24,841 bases of DNA from Candidatus Thorarchaeota archaeon (lineage in GTDB: Archaea; Asgardarchaeota; Thorarchaeia; Thorarchaeales; Thorarchaeaceae), in assembly GCA_048882385.1 (NCBI GenBank), contig JBHLRQ010000042.1, forward strand, positions 1 through 24,841, in the 5' to 3' direction. Positions 9,292-17,717 of this stretch are shown here, one piece after another. The notes under the pieces were generated by a model. It saw nothing but the letters and a program-made list of their open reading frames with translations, had not been told where the DNA came from and ran no database searches. Every line of letters begins with the position of its first letter. Position 1 is the first letter of the stretch. The translations under genes and the position numbers were made by a program.

Positions 9292-10422
9292 TCACTCTAT
9301 CTTTTCACGAGTGAGAGTTACTAGTTCGTAATCAGTTGTCCCTAATCCAATCTTGCGACCATGTTTGAATATGGCTTGAGATCGCGTTGCAAGACTTTCG
9401 AACTCAGTTTTGATCATATATGATTCAAGATTCAAAGCCGCATTCTTCATGACATGCATTGTTGCATGATCAATCGCCACAGGATCAGTTGAACCGAGAA
9501 TTCCAACATCATGCATAACTAAAGGAGCTCCAACACATATACAGTCACAGTGATCCGAAATGTCAATTGCCAGATTTATGTAGTAGAACTTCTCAGATCC
9601 GATGGACTTTGTGACTCCCAGTGAGTTCTCAACAACACGAAAAGCCATGTCCTTTCCAGACCAGGGCATTACAATTGCACGTGCGCCAACTGTGTTAGAA
9701 CAAATCGATGCACAGTGACCGCAAGATACACAACGTGTCCTGTCAATCGTGACAGTCTTTGAAACCTCAATGCATCTAGCTGGACAGACTGTGACACATT
9801 CCGAACAGCCTTCACCCTTGCATTTCTCTTGGTAAACCTGAACTCCATCGGGACAATGGACGGCAGCCTTTCCTTGTTTTCCGACCATACCAACACCCAT
9901 GTTCTTGATTGAGGCTGCAATACCAATATGGTGAAACTTGGCGTGAGTAAGCAGAATTACTTTATCGCAGTCCAGCAAAGCACCTGCTACAGGTACTTTT
10001 TGTATGTACTCGCCATTGATCTCTATTGTGTAAGTATCGACACCCCAATATCCATCTGCTATTACAATTGGTGCCCCTACAGTTCCTTGTGTGAATCCAT
10101 TGAAAGCTGCGCGCATAAGATACTCAGGAGCTGTGGTTCGTCCACCATATGGACGTCCGGTCCCATATGCTAAAGATGCAGTATCAGCCACAAATGGGAA
10201 ACCACCAGCAGCTCGAACCAGGTCAACGAGTTTGCGAACATATGCTGGCCGGATATGGTTAGTGTTGCCATAAAGACCAAAGTGTGTCTTGATCATTACT
10301 TTATCGCTATCCTTGATGGATTCGCGGAGACCTAGTTCATCAAAAACATGTTCAAGTTTGTCAAGCATGTTGTAATCTGGATTTGTTTGTCTGTCAGTAA
10401 AGAAGACATTTGGTTTTGTCAT
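9292..10422 (-). CDS. DUF362 domain protein with 2x[4Fe-4S] ferredoxin domain (paralog 2)
   Basis: Same motif set as 8033-9220 with a near-identical N-terminus (FTDRQT.PDYNM.DKLE). Confidence 0.9.
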   Translation of the reverse strand: MTKPNVFFTDRQTNPDYNMLDKLEHVFDELGLRESIKDSDKVMIKTHFGLYGNTNHIRPAYVRKLVDLVRAAGGFPFVADTASLAYGTGRPYGGRTTAPEYLMRAAFNGFTQGTVGAPIVIADGYWGVDTYTIEINGEYIQKVPVAGALLDCDKVILLTHAKFHHIGIAASIKNMGVGMVGKQGKAAVHCPDGVQVYQEKCKGEGCSECVTVCPARCIEVSKTVTIDRTRCVSCGHCASICSNTVGARAIVMPWSGKDMAFRVVENSLGVTKSIGSEKFYYINLAIDISDHCDCICVGAPLVMHDVGILGSTDPVAIDHATMHVMKNAALNLESYMIKTEFESLATRSQAIFKHGRKIGLGTTDYELVTLTREKIE

Positions 10423-10497
10423 TTTAGCATCTCGACTTGCAACGCAATGGCAGGTCTTATTGATTGTTATTCAATGAATTATAAACTGAATAAACTC

Positions 10498-11661
10498 TCA
10501 AAAAGTGGGATTGTATGTTGAAGCTAATCCATTGGCGACAGCTGAAATGCTATTCGAAACTAGAGCTTGACTGAGCTGTAATATCTTGAAGTCCGATCCT
10601 GAGCCGATAGATTCCAGTCTATATTTTACCTTTCCGAGAAACATGACCTGCAAGACCCTTGATTTTGTAATCACCCTAGAGGCAAGAAACCAAGAAACGA
10701 ACAAAGCTGTCAAGAGGTTGAAAACGAATAAAGGTGTATCAGGAAATATCATGAACACATTCCAAATGGCTAAACCACTAACAAATTGCACATTAAGCTC
10801 AATCATCATCGGATGTAATTCATAAATTTCTTGGGCGTAGTTATTGAATTTGGATATAGTCAAGGCGATATCAAAATTGTTACAAGCATGATAAGACAGA
10901 ATAGCAAGTATGTAAGTTCCCACTAAACCAGTTATCATGTAGAAGTAGATATTCAAGCCGTATACACTCACGCCTATATTGACATAGCCATTGAATCTCG
11001 CTAGTAGGACGAAGATAGCGAGAGTCAATACCAGGGCAATGGAATCAAATGAACGATCAACACCCCATGATGATAATTCCTTATACTTTCTGATTTCATT
11101 TCCAATGATCATAAATGAGAGTGAGATTACGATGGAATCAATACTCCATGGAAGCAGGTTTAGACCTGATGCATCCTTCATCCAGACTCCAAAAGCAGGC
11201 AATAGTAGCGCGATAAGAAATCTGACCTTTGCAGGTTTATCATGAAGATACCTGTCAAAGACCTGAAACAAGACTATAGCAAAGAACATCGTTCTCAGAT
11301 ACCAGAGATGTGACACTCTCTGAATTGGACCATTTCCATAGACTGTCCAAAATGCGAATTCATTCGGAGAAAGGCCAACATCAACGATGCCATAGACTAG
11401 TGTATAGATTCCAACCATTGCGATAGATAAAATTGTGTAAGGAATCATGAGTGACATGAACCGGGACTTGATAAGCTCCGTTGAACGATCTCTGTATTTC
11501 TCATTATTATGAGCAAGACCATATAGTATAAAGAAAGCAGGGATTGCAACTCCGGTTAATATCGCAGAGAACTCATTCACTTCAAGGCAGTGCACAACAA
11601 TCACAGAAACCAAGGCTAAACTCTTGGCAAGATCTATCCATGAAACTCTGTGATTTAACAT
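10498..11661 (-). CDS. Acyltransferase family 3 membrane protein
   Basis: RVSWIDLAKSLALVSVIVVH, IPAFFILYG, LMIPY, HLWYL and IYELH, with about 10 TM segments. Confidence 0.88.
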   Translation of the reverse strand: MLNHRVSWIDLAKSLALVSVIVVHCLEVNEFSAILTGVAIPAFFILYGLAHNNEKYRDRSTELIKSRFMSLMIPYTILSIAMVGIYTLVYGIVDVGLSPNEFAFWTVYGNGPIQRVSHLWYLRTMFFAIVLFQVFDRYLHDKPAKVRFLIALLLPAFGVWMKDASGLNLLPWSIDSIVISLSFMIIGNEIRKYKELSSWGVDRSFDSIALVLTLAIFVLLARFNGYVNIGVSVYGLNIYFYMITGLVGTYILAILSYHACNNFDIALTISKFNNYAQEIYELHPMMIELNVQFVSGLAIWNVFMIFPDTPLFVFNLLTALFVSWFLASRVITKSRVLQVMFLGKVKYRLESIGSGSDFKILQLSQALVSNSISAVANGLASTYNPTF

Positions 11662-11878
11662 GTCAGCTATCCTCAGTTCTAATTCCGGTCCATTAACACA
11701 TAGATGAAAAAAACCACGGGGGGATTTAGTGAATCATCTCTATGTTTCTATGTTACGCAATTAATCCTCGTTTAAAACTTCCTGTTACGGATTATAACTT
11801 GTGAATGGCGCAATAACGTCTAATGCTTGTTTGACACGCTTTATTAGTCAAATCATGTAAGCCCCGAGTGGTGACAGT

Positions 11879-12964
11879 ATGGCAAAAGGTGATCCCCTAC
11901 TCGTCCTGAAAAATCTGAGAGCCTACTATCCTTCAAAGAAAGGATTGGTGCGAGCAGTTGATGATGTTTCATTGGAAGTGAGAGAAGGGGAATGTGTAGG
12001 GATATTGGGGGAGAGCGGATCAGGAAAGACAAGCATGGCACTCGCAATTATGGGACTTTTTGAGAAGATTGCAAGATTTTCTGCAGGAGCCTCGAATGAC
12101 CCTGAATTAAGAAGAGCTTTCGAAAAGGGTCTCCCAGGGGAGGTGGATATGCCTGGAGTTCGAGGTAGCGTTGTCTTTAGGGGACAAGAGATACTAAGCA
12201 TGAAACAAGATGAGCTTGTAAAAATCCGAGGTCGTGAACTTTCATTGATTCCACAAGGGCTTGGTCATGCATTGAACCCACAGCACAGCATTGGACACCA
12301 GACTGCAGAACCTGTTGAAGTACATGAAGAAGACATCCGACTAATTGAGCTCAAAAGAAAAGTTCTCGAATACTTGGGACTTGTTCAATTGGCAGATGCT
12401 GGATTGAGGTTTATTATGGCTCCAGGTAGTTTCAGCGGCGGCGAGAGTCAACGTATTTTGATAGCAATGGCTCTAATTGCAGGACCCTATCTAGTAATTG
12501 CGGATGAGCCAACGAGTGCATTAGATGTTACAGTTCAAAGACAAATCATGAATGTCCTGAAAATGGTTCGTGATGATTTTGATGTTTCACTCATCATAAT
12601 CAGTCATGATGCTGGAGTAATTGCTGAAATGGCTGATAGGGTGGCTATCATGTATGCTGGAAAAGTGATGGAGTATGGTTCCGCAGTCAAAATGTTTCAC
12701 GAACCTCAGCATCCATATACAATGGGGTTAATGACCAGTTTTCCAACAATAGCAATGATGCAAATGCGAGCTGGAAAGAAACCAAGGTTAAGGGGAATCC
12801 CTGGAGATCCACCAGATCTTTGTGAACTTCCAAGTGGTTGTGTATTCCATCCTCGTTGTAGATATTGTATTGATATATGCAAGGAAGAAGTTCCAGAATA
12901 CCGTGAAGTAATGCCAGACCATTTTATAAGATGTCATAGATGGGGAGATATTCAACAAGAATGA
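11879..12964 (+). CDS. DppD/OppD-like ABC ATP-binding protein (orphan)
   Basis: GESGSGKT, FSGGESQR, IADEPTSALD, SHD, HPYT and a C-terminal GCVFHPRC..C..CH motif. Confidence 0.92.
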   Translation: MAKGDPLLVLKNLRAYYPSKKGLVRAVDDVSLEVREGECVGILGESGSGKTSMALAIMGLFEKIARFSAGASNDPELRRAFEKGLPGEVDMPGVRGSVVFRGQEILSMKQDELVKIRGRELSLIPQGLGHALNPQHSIGHQTAEPVEVHEEDIRLIELKRKVLEYLGLVQLADAGLRFIMAPGSFSGGESQRILIAMALIAGPYLVIADEPTSALDVTVQRQIMNVLKMVRDDFDVSLIIISHDAGVIAEMADRVAIMYAGKVMEYGSAVKMFHEPQHPYTMGLMTSFPTIAMMQMRAGKKPRLRGIPGDPPDLCELPSGCVFHPRCRYCIDICKEEVPEYREVMPDHFIRCHRWGDIQQE

Positions 12965-12973
12965 GTAAAAGGT

Positions 12974-12995
12974 GTGAGCGCCAAGAGGCGCCCAC
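12974..12995. terminator. GC-rich hairpin between convergent transcription units, candidate terminator
   Basis: GTGAGCGCC-AAGA-GGCGCCCAC pairs fully with one G-U on the minus strand. T-runs lie downstream on both strands (TTTTCCTTT on plus, CCTTTT on minus). Confidence 0.45.
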
Positions 12996-13076
12996 AGAGT
13001 TTTCCTTTACCATGTCTGAGCGAAGATGGGCACCCTTTAATCTGAATCAAGATTGCTTTGTTCAGCGTGCAAGCAA

Positions 13077-13226
13077 TCAGTCAGCCATGCATCCATCCTT
13101 TTCGTTATTTCCTCCCAGCTCTAGACGAGTTATCTGCAATCCTTCCTTTACAAACCTCAAATAATATTCTTCCGCCCCACGGAGAAGCGTGCTAATCCTA
13201 ACAGAGTGCGTTCTCTGAGAGCTCAT
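13077..13226 (-). CDS. Possible 49-aa small protein (MSSQRTHSVRISTLLRGAEEYYLRFVKEGLQITRLELGGNNEKDGCMAD)
   Basis: ATG-to-TGA ORF read by hand. It fills most of an otherwise empty 336-bp gap and is co-oriented with the transcarbamylase. No recognisable homology. Confidence 0.25.
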   Translation of the reverse strand: MSSQRTHSVRISTLLRGAEEYYLRFVKEGLQITRLELGGNNEKDGCMAD

Positions 13227-13300
13227 GGAGCTTTTAGTAGAGATTTACTCATGTATGAGTAGAAACATTTCCCGAACGATGTGCAGGGAGTTGAATCAGA

Positions 13301-14332
13301 CTACTGTTTACCCATTGTTAGTGCCATTATAGCCTTCTGAACATGAAGTCTGTTCTCAGCTACATCATAGACAATTGATTTTGGTCCATCGCATACCTCA
13401 TCGGTAACTTCTGCATTTCGATCAACTGGACCACAGTGCGTGAAGAAGGCATCGTTTGTTAGTGACATCCACTCCTTTGTGGTGATCCAATCATCGTATT
13501 TAGCCGCAATTTCAATCTCTTTCTTCTTGGCTGCATCAACGCCATGTTTGTTCATGTCGTCATAGAAACCCGAGGTCATCCAATTTCGTGAATAGACAAT
13601 ATCCGCATCTTTGTAACCTTCTTCAATATCATGAACAATTTCGAAGTTACTATCTGCAGCTTCTGCGTTTTCTTCGCACCATTTGATCACTTCAGGATCA
13701 AGGTCAAAACCTTTAGGGTGGGCAAGCGTTACATTCATACCTAGTCTAGAGTTGATGAGTATACTTTCTTGGACACTGCACCATGAACGTACCAAAGCTC
13801 CTTTCCCCCAGACTTGCAAAATCTTCTTTCCCTTTAGTTTCTTACCTGCATGCTGTCTATAGCCCATTACATCTGCTAAACCTTGACAGGGATGAAACCG
13901 ATCATGAGCCATACTAATTATTGGAATAGAAGCGTTCTCAGCATATTGTCTCAGCAACTCATCACCTTGTCCGTAATATTCAAGGGCGGTTTCAAGAATT
14001 CTGATACCTATTCCGACAGCGTATCGACTCATAACTTGAGCCGCATCTTCAATTGTTTCTCCAGCGCTCTGAGCAGATTTGAGACGCATTGTTTTTGGCT
14101 CTAAAAACTGTGCATGTCCTCCAAGTTCTGTAGCTGCAGCTTCAAAAGATTGTCTCGTTCTTACACTTGGATTATAGAAGAACATGAAAAAAGTGCGTCT
14201 ATCAAGACAGTTGTTCAACGGATGATCATAGCGATTTTTTAGAAACTCGAATGATAGATCCAATGTCTTCTCGAGCTCTTCAATACTCCAATCTTGAGTA
14301 GTAATTAAGTCACGTCCATAGAGACTTTTCAT
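13301..14332 (-). CDS. Carbamoyltransferase of the OTCase/ATCase superfamily, closest in motifs to N-acyl-ornithine carbamoyltransferases
   Basis: FYNPSVRTRQSF, HPCQGLAD, VYSRNW, HCGP.DR..EVTDEV and AENRLH.QKA. Start placed at MKSLYGRD (14332) to avoid overlap with the divergent gene. Confidence 0.88.
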   Translation of the reverse strand: MKSLYGRDLITTQDWSIEELEKTLDLSFEFLKNRYDHPLNNCLDRRTFFMFFYNPSVRTRQSFEAAATELGGHAQFLEPKTMRLKSAQSAGETIEDAAQVMSRYAVGIGIRILETALEYYGQGDELLRQYAENASIPIISMAHDRFHPCQGLADVMGYRQHAGKKLKGKKILQVWGKGALVRSWCSVQESILINSRLGMNVTLAHPKGFDLDPEVIKWCEENAEAADSNFEIVHDIEEGYKDADIVYSRNWMTSGFYDDMNKHGVDAAKKKEIEIAAKYDDWITTKEWMSLTNDAFFTHCGPVDRNAEVTDEVCDGPKSIVYDVAENRLHVQKAIMALTMGKQ

Positions 14333-14442
14333 GATGGTCACAATTAAAGGTGAACTCAGTTGAGATTTAGATGTATCGCCTGAAGTGTCTGCAGCCGCCA
14401 TCGAAATCGTTTTCAATGATTACTCAAGAGCGCAGTATAGTT

Positions 14443-15255
14443 ATGAAGGTCGGGTATAAATCAGAAGAGTATTCCATTCTGGAAGAGTCATTTGGAATTG
14501 ACATAGGTTTCACCATGGGCCAGTCAGATACATTACGAAATGGTGAAGATGTAGTTCTAACACCTCAACAACTCGACCAAGTTACTGATCAACTTGAAGC
14601 GAAATTATACATTACGAAATATTCGAACAGCTTATCTCCACTGAGTATGTCGCTTTTTATTGTAAACGATGCTCTTTGGAAAATGATGGAGAAGAAACTC
14701 TGGGAACCTGAAAAGATGCTAGCTATGACTACTTTTCCCATTTGTAGTTGGGATCCAAGAGCTGAGAAGACAAGCAATCCAAAAGGTGTGAAGAGAGAGA
14801 AAGCTGGACCCGGAAAGATATCTCTTATTGAAGAACCACGACCCACATTGAGCCTTTCAGGTGAGGGAGGTGACTTCAGTGGATTTATTGAACAGAGCCA
14901 CCTCACAGCAAGGAAATTTGGAGTACCAGAATCTAGAAGATATATTCCAAACTACATGTTCTGTGAAGCTAGGATTGATGCAGTACTGGATCGTGCTAGG
15001 ATAGAAATTCATCCTAATCCAAGGGACTTACTTGACTATGACTTTTCTGAGTCAGCCAGAGTTTTCCATGACCATGGTGTCCTTATCTCGCTGCCTGGAG
15101 AAGACATAACACTTGCCATCACTGACCGGAAACCGGCGCAAATGAAAGGAGATGGCTATCTTCTTATTGGCACTCGTGTTGGTAGTAATGGGGATGCTTA
15201 TAGAGGACTCCTTGTAGACTTGTGGCTCTGGCTATTTGCCAGGAGGTTTGGGTAG
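14443..15255 (+). CDS. Hypothetical soluble protein (~270 aa)
   Basis: Long ORF with protein-like composition, divergent from the transcarbamylase. Likely start is MKVGYK. No motif recognised. Confidence 0.7.
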   Translation: MKVGYKSEEYSILEESFGIDIGFTMGQSDTLRNGEDVVLTPQQLDQVTDQLEAKLYITKYSNSLSPLSMSLFIVNDALWKMMEKKLWEPEKMLAMTTFPICSWDPRAEKTSNPKGVKREKAGPGKISLIEEPRPTLSLSGEGGDFSGFIEQSHLTARKFGVPESRRYIPNYMFCEARIDAVLDRARIEIHPNPRDLLDYDFSESARVFHDHGVLISLPGEDITLAITDRKPAQMKGDGYLLIGTRVGSNGDAYRGLLVDLWLWLFARRFG

Positions 15256-15258
15256 TCC

Positions 15259-16053
15259 ATGTATATGCTAGTTGGTCTGATCCTCCTAGGAATATTGTCG
15301 CTGTCTTTGGCCATGTTTTGGCATAAGAAAATATCAGTCACAAATAATTTCATTGAGAGTTTTAAAGGCGAATTTGGAGAACCAGATATCTCTGGAAAGA
15401 AACAATACACCAATTGCAAAAGCCATCGATGGGTCATGAGAAATGTTGTTATCGGTGACTATTCAAAGACAGGAGAAGGCTTTAGAAACTTCATGATGAA
15501 TAGAACACTCATGGGAACACTAATTCTCAGTAGCTTTCTTGGATTCATTCCTGTAATTCTTGTCTATTTCTTTTTCCAGAGTTTCAATCTTATTGGACTT
15601 TCACTTTTTTTGATCTTCCTTGCAGTATATGTCACAAGAGGTCCAGGCAATGTTGAGATATCAAACAGACTGGTTAGATTTTTGATTGAAGATGAGAAAT
15701 CCGACCTCTCTATTGGTGACATTGCATATGCGTCAATATCTCAAAGAACAATGGAGAATTGGAGAACAAAACTAGTCATATTGGGAGTGGGCTCTATTGC
15801 AATTTCTCCATGGGGAGAGCAGGTTCCAGTTGCTCTGATATGGATCTTTACTCAGTTCATCGGGTGGGTATATCTCAATATTTTCGTTCCAATTTCACCC
15901 TATTCAATTCCCCTTGCGTTGATACTCTACATTGGTACTGTGCCAGTAGTTTTTACTATCATCTTCCTAACACTAAGAATTGTGAAAAAGAGATTCAAAA
16001 CAGATGAAGGTGTTGAACTCTCCATTCTTGATGATGGCGGTAAGCAAACTTAG
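15259..16053 (+). CDS. Hypothetical multi-pass membrane protein
   Basis: Starts 3 bp after the upstream stop, with GGAGG upstream and about 5-6 hydrophobic segments. Confidence 0.75.
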   Translation: MYMLVGLILLGILSLSLAMFWHKKISVTNNFIESFKGEFGEPDISGKKQYTNCKSHRWVMRNVVIGDYSKTGEGFRNFMMNRTLMGTLILSSFLGFIPVILVYFFFQSFNLIGLSLFLIFLAVYVTRGPGNVEISNRLVRFLIEDEKSDLSIGDIAYASISQRTMENWRTKLVILGVGSIAISPWGEQVPVALIWIFTQFIGWVYLNIFVPISPYSIPLALILYIGTVPVVFTIIFLTLRIVKKRFKTDEGVELSILDDGGKQT

Positions 16054-16418
16054 AATGGAACAAAGTAACCAACAAGTCCCAGTACCATGAGGTATAGAAA
16101 TAGTATAGCAGCAGCAAAAAGCATTTGTCTTCCATATAGTGTTAGCCGCCATGCACTTGATGCACTTCCATCTGCATTGTATCGGTCTTTGTTGTGTAAT
16201 GGTTGTCGCGACATCAAACATGCACCAACAATAAGGAGAATTGCTATCTCTAGAAATGCTCCACCACTAGCAATCATCGACATGTATAGCTCCTGAAGGA
16301 TTATAGTTGCAATTAATCCAATTCCAAGATTGATAGTCATGAGCACAGTTGCAAGCAATAGTCCGCGCTCAAGATCTCTTTGCCACACTTTTTTGTCTCC
16401 GTTAGAAGAAGAGTCCAA
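16050..16418 (-). CDS. Small hypothetical membrane protein (3 TM)
   Basis: Three hydrophobic segments. It overlaps the upstream small ORF by 17 nt, at the end of the opp-oriented run. Confidence 0.7.
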   Translation of the reverse strand: MDSSSNGDKKVWQRDLERGLLLATVLMTINLGIGLIATIILQELYMSMIASGGAFLEIAILLIVGACLMSRQPLHNKDRYNADGSASSAWRLTLYGRQMLFAAAILFLYLMVLGLVGYFVPF

Positions 16419-16611
16419 AAATAAGCCCGAAGCTAAAAAGTACGATGATCAAAATAATCAATGGAAGAAATATGGTCTGAAGAGAAGCAAGGAAAATAGC
16501 TAGGTAGTCTTTGCCCTGGAGAGAAACTGTTGTTTCTTCATGCTCACCGTATGATCTCCAATCATATTCCTCTGGGTCCTGTTCGAAACTTCTATCATCA
16601 TCGAATTCCAT
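16402..16611 (-). CDS. Small protein with acidic N-terminus and hydrophobic C-terminus
   Basis: MEFDDDRSFEQDPEEYDW... followed by KDYLAIFLASLQTIFLPLIILIIVLF. AAGGA upstream. Confidence 0.7.
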   Translation of the reverse strand: MEFDDDRSFEQDPEEYDWRSYGEHEETTVSLQGKDYLAIFLASLQTIFLPLIILIIVLFSFGLIFGLFF

Positions 16612-16695
16612 AGCTAATACTTCCTTATCCTGTGCGATTAGTGTGAGTGTACCCTAATATGCGTCTCCACGAGTACACTCACATCACCTTTGAAA

Positions 16696-17715
16696 CTATG
16701 CCTCAGCAGCTGCACCAGCTGCTTCCTTGTAGTGAAGATCTAACTCTCCAGCATAGTGACAGGCCACAAGATGGCCATCACCCATGTCCCGAAGTTCTGG
16801 AACCTCATCCCTACATCGCTCAGTTGCAAAACGACAACGGGGATGGAATCTGCATCCACTGGGTGGATTTATGGGACTTGGGACTTCTCCTGCAAGAATT
16901 TCAGCACGTCCTCTTAGTGAGGGATCAGGCACTGGAACAGCTGATACAAGAGCTGCTGAATACGGATGAAATGCTTCTTGGAAAATATCTCGAGGAGTTA
17001 GCTCCACAATCTTTCCGAGATACATGACAGCCACCCTATCGCTCATGTGTTTCACAACACTGAGGTTGTGTGAGATGAAGAGATAGGTAAGATCGAATTC
17101 GTTCTGTAGATCCTTCATCAGATTGAGTGTCTGAGCTTGCACAGAAACATCTGTACTAGAGGTTGGCTCATCCATGACAACGAATTTTGGTCGAAGTGCC
17201 AGAGCACGTGCTATACAGATTCGTTGGCGTTGTCCTCCACTAAATTCGTGTGGGAATCTATTAAGGTGGTCTTCATTCAAACCAACCTTTTCTAGAAGCT
17301 CTAGAACCATATTCCTGAGTCGATAACCTCGAGCAATGCCATTGACGAGTAAGGGCTCACCAACTGCGTTTTTGATGGTTAGACGTGGGTCCAATGATGC
17401 CATCGGGTCTTGGAAAACAATGCTCATGTTGCTTCGTAGATCTTTCATATCTCCTCTTCCAAGATCCATGATATCATTTCCTTCGAAGAAGATCTCACCA
17501 GCTGTAGGTTCGAGTAATCTGAGGAGAGTACGACCTGTGGTCGTTTTTCCGCATCCACTTTCTCCTACAAGACCAAGAGTTTCACCTTTATAGATATTGA
17601 AAGAGATGTCATCAACAGCTCTCACGTATCCCAGAACCTTTCGGAACACACCACCACTAAGAGGGAAGTACTTCTTGAGGTTCTTGACTTCAACCAATGT
17701 TTTACCGTTTGTCAT
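16696..17715 (-). CDS. oppF: Oligopeptide/dipeptide ABC transporter ATP-binding protein OppF/DppF
   Basis: [42 protein letters not shown] and a C-terminal Cys motif. Start is MTNGK. Confidence 0.93.
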   Translation of the reverse strand: MTNGKTLVEVKNLKKYFPLSGGVFRKVLGYVRAVDDISFNIYKGETLGLVGESGCGKTTTGRTLLRLLEPTAGEIFFEGNDIMDLGRGDMKDLRSNMSIVFQDPMASLDPRLTIKNAVGEPLLVNGIARGYRLRNMVLELLEKVGLNEDHLNRFPHEFSGGQRQRICIARALALRPKFVVMDEPTSSTDVSVQAQTLNLMKDLQNEFDLTYLFISHNLSVVKHMSDRVAVMYLGKIVELTPRDIFQEAFHPYSAALVSAVPVPDPSLRGRAEILAGEVPSPINPPSGCRFHPRCRFATERCRDEVPELRDMGDGHLVACHYAGELDLHYKEAAGAAAEA

Positions 17716-17717
17716 TA

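Noticed and set aside
8062-10273. Alternative-frame and antisense ORFs within the DUF362 genes
   Set aside because: They are fully nested in motif-rich genes and have no coding hallmarks.
12940-13164. 74-aa plus-strand ORF
   Set aside because: It overlaps the ATPase end, runs through a terminator-like hairpin and has unconvincing composition.
14333-14442. N-terminal extensions of the transcarbamylase (to 14416) and the hypothetical gene (from 14371)
   Set aside because: They would overlap head to head. Internal ATGs leave a plausible divergent promoter gap.
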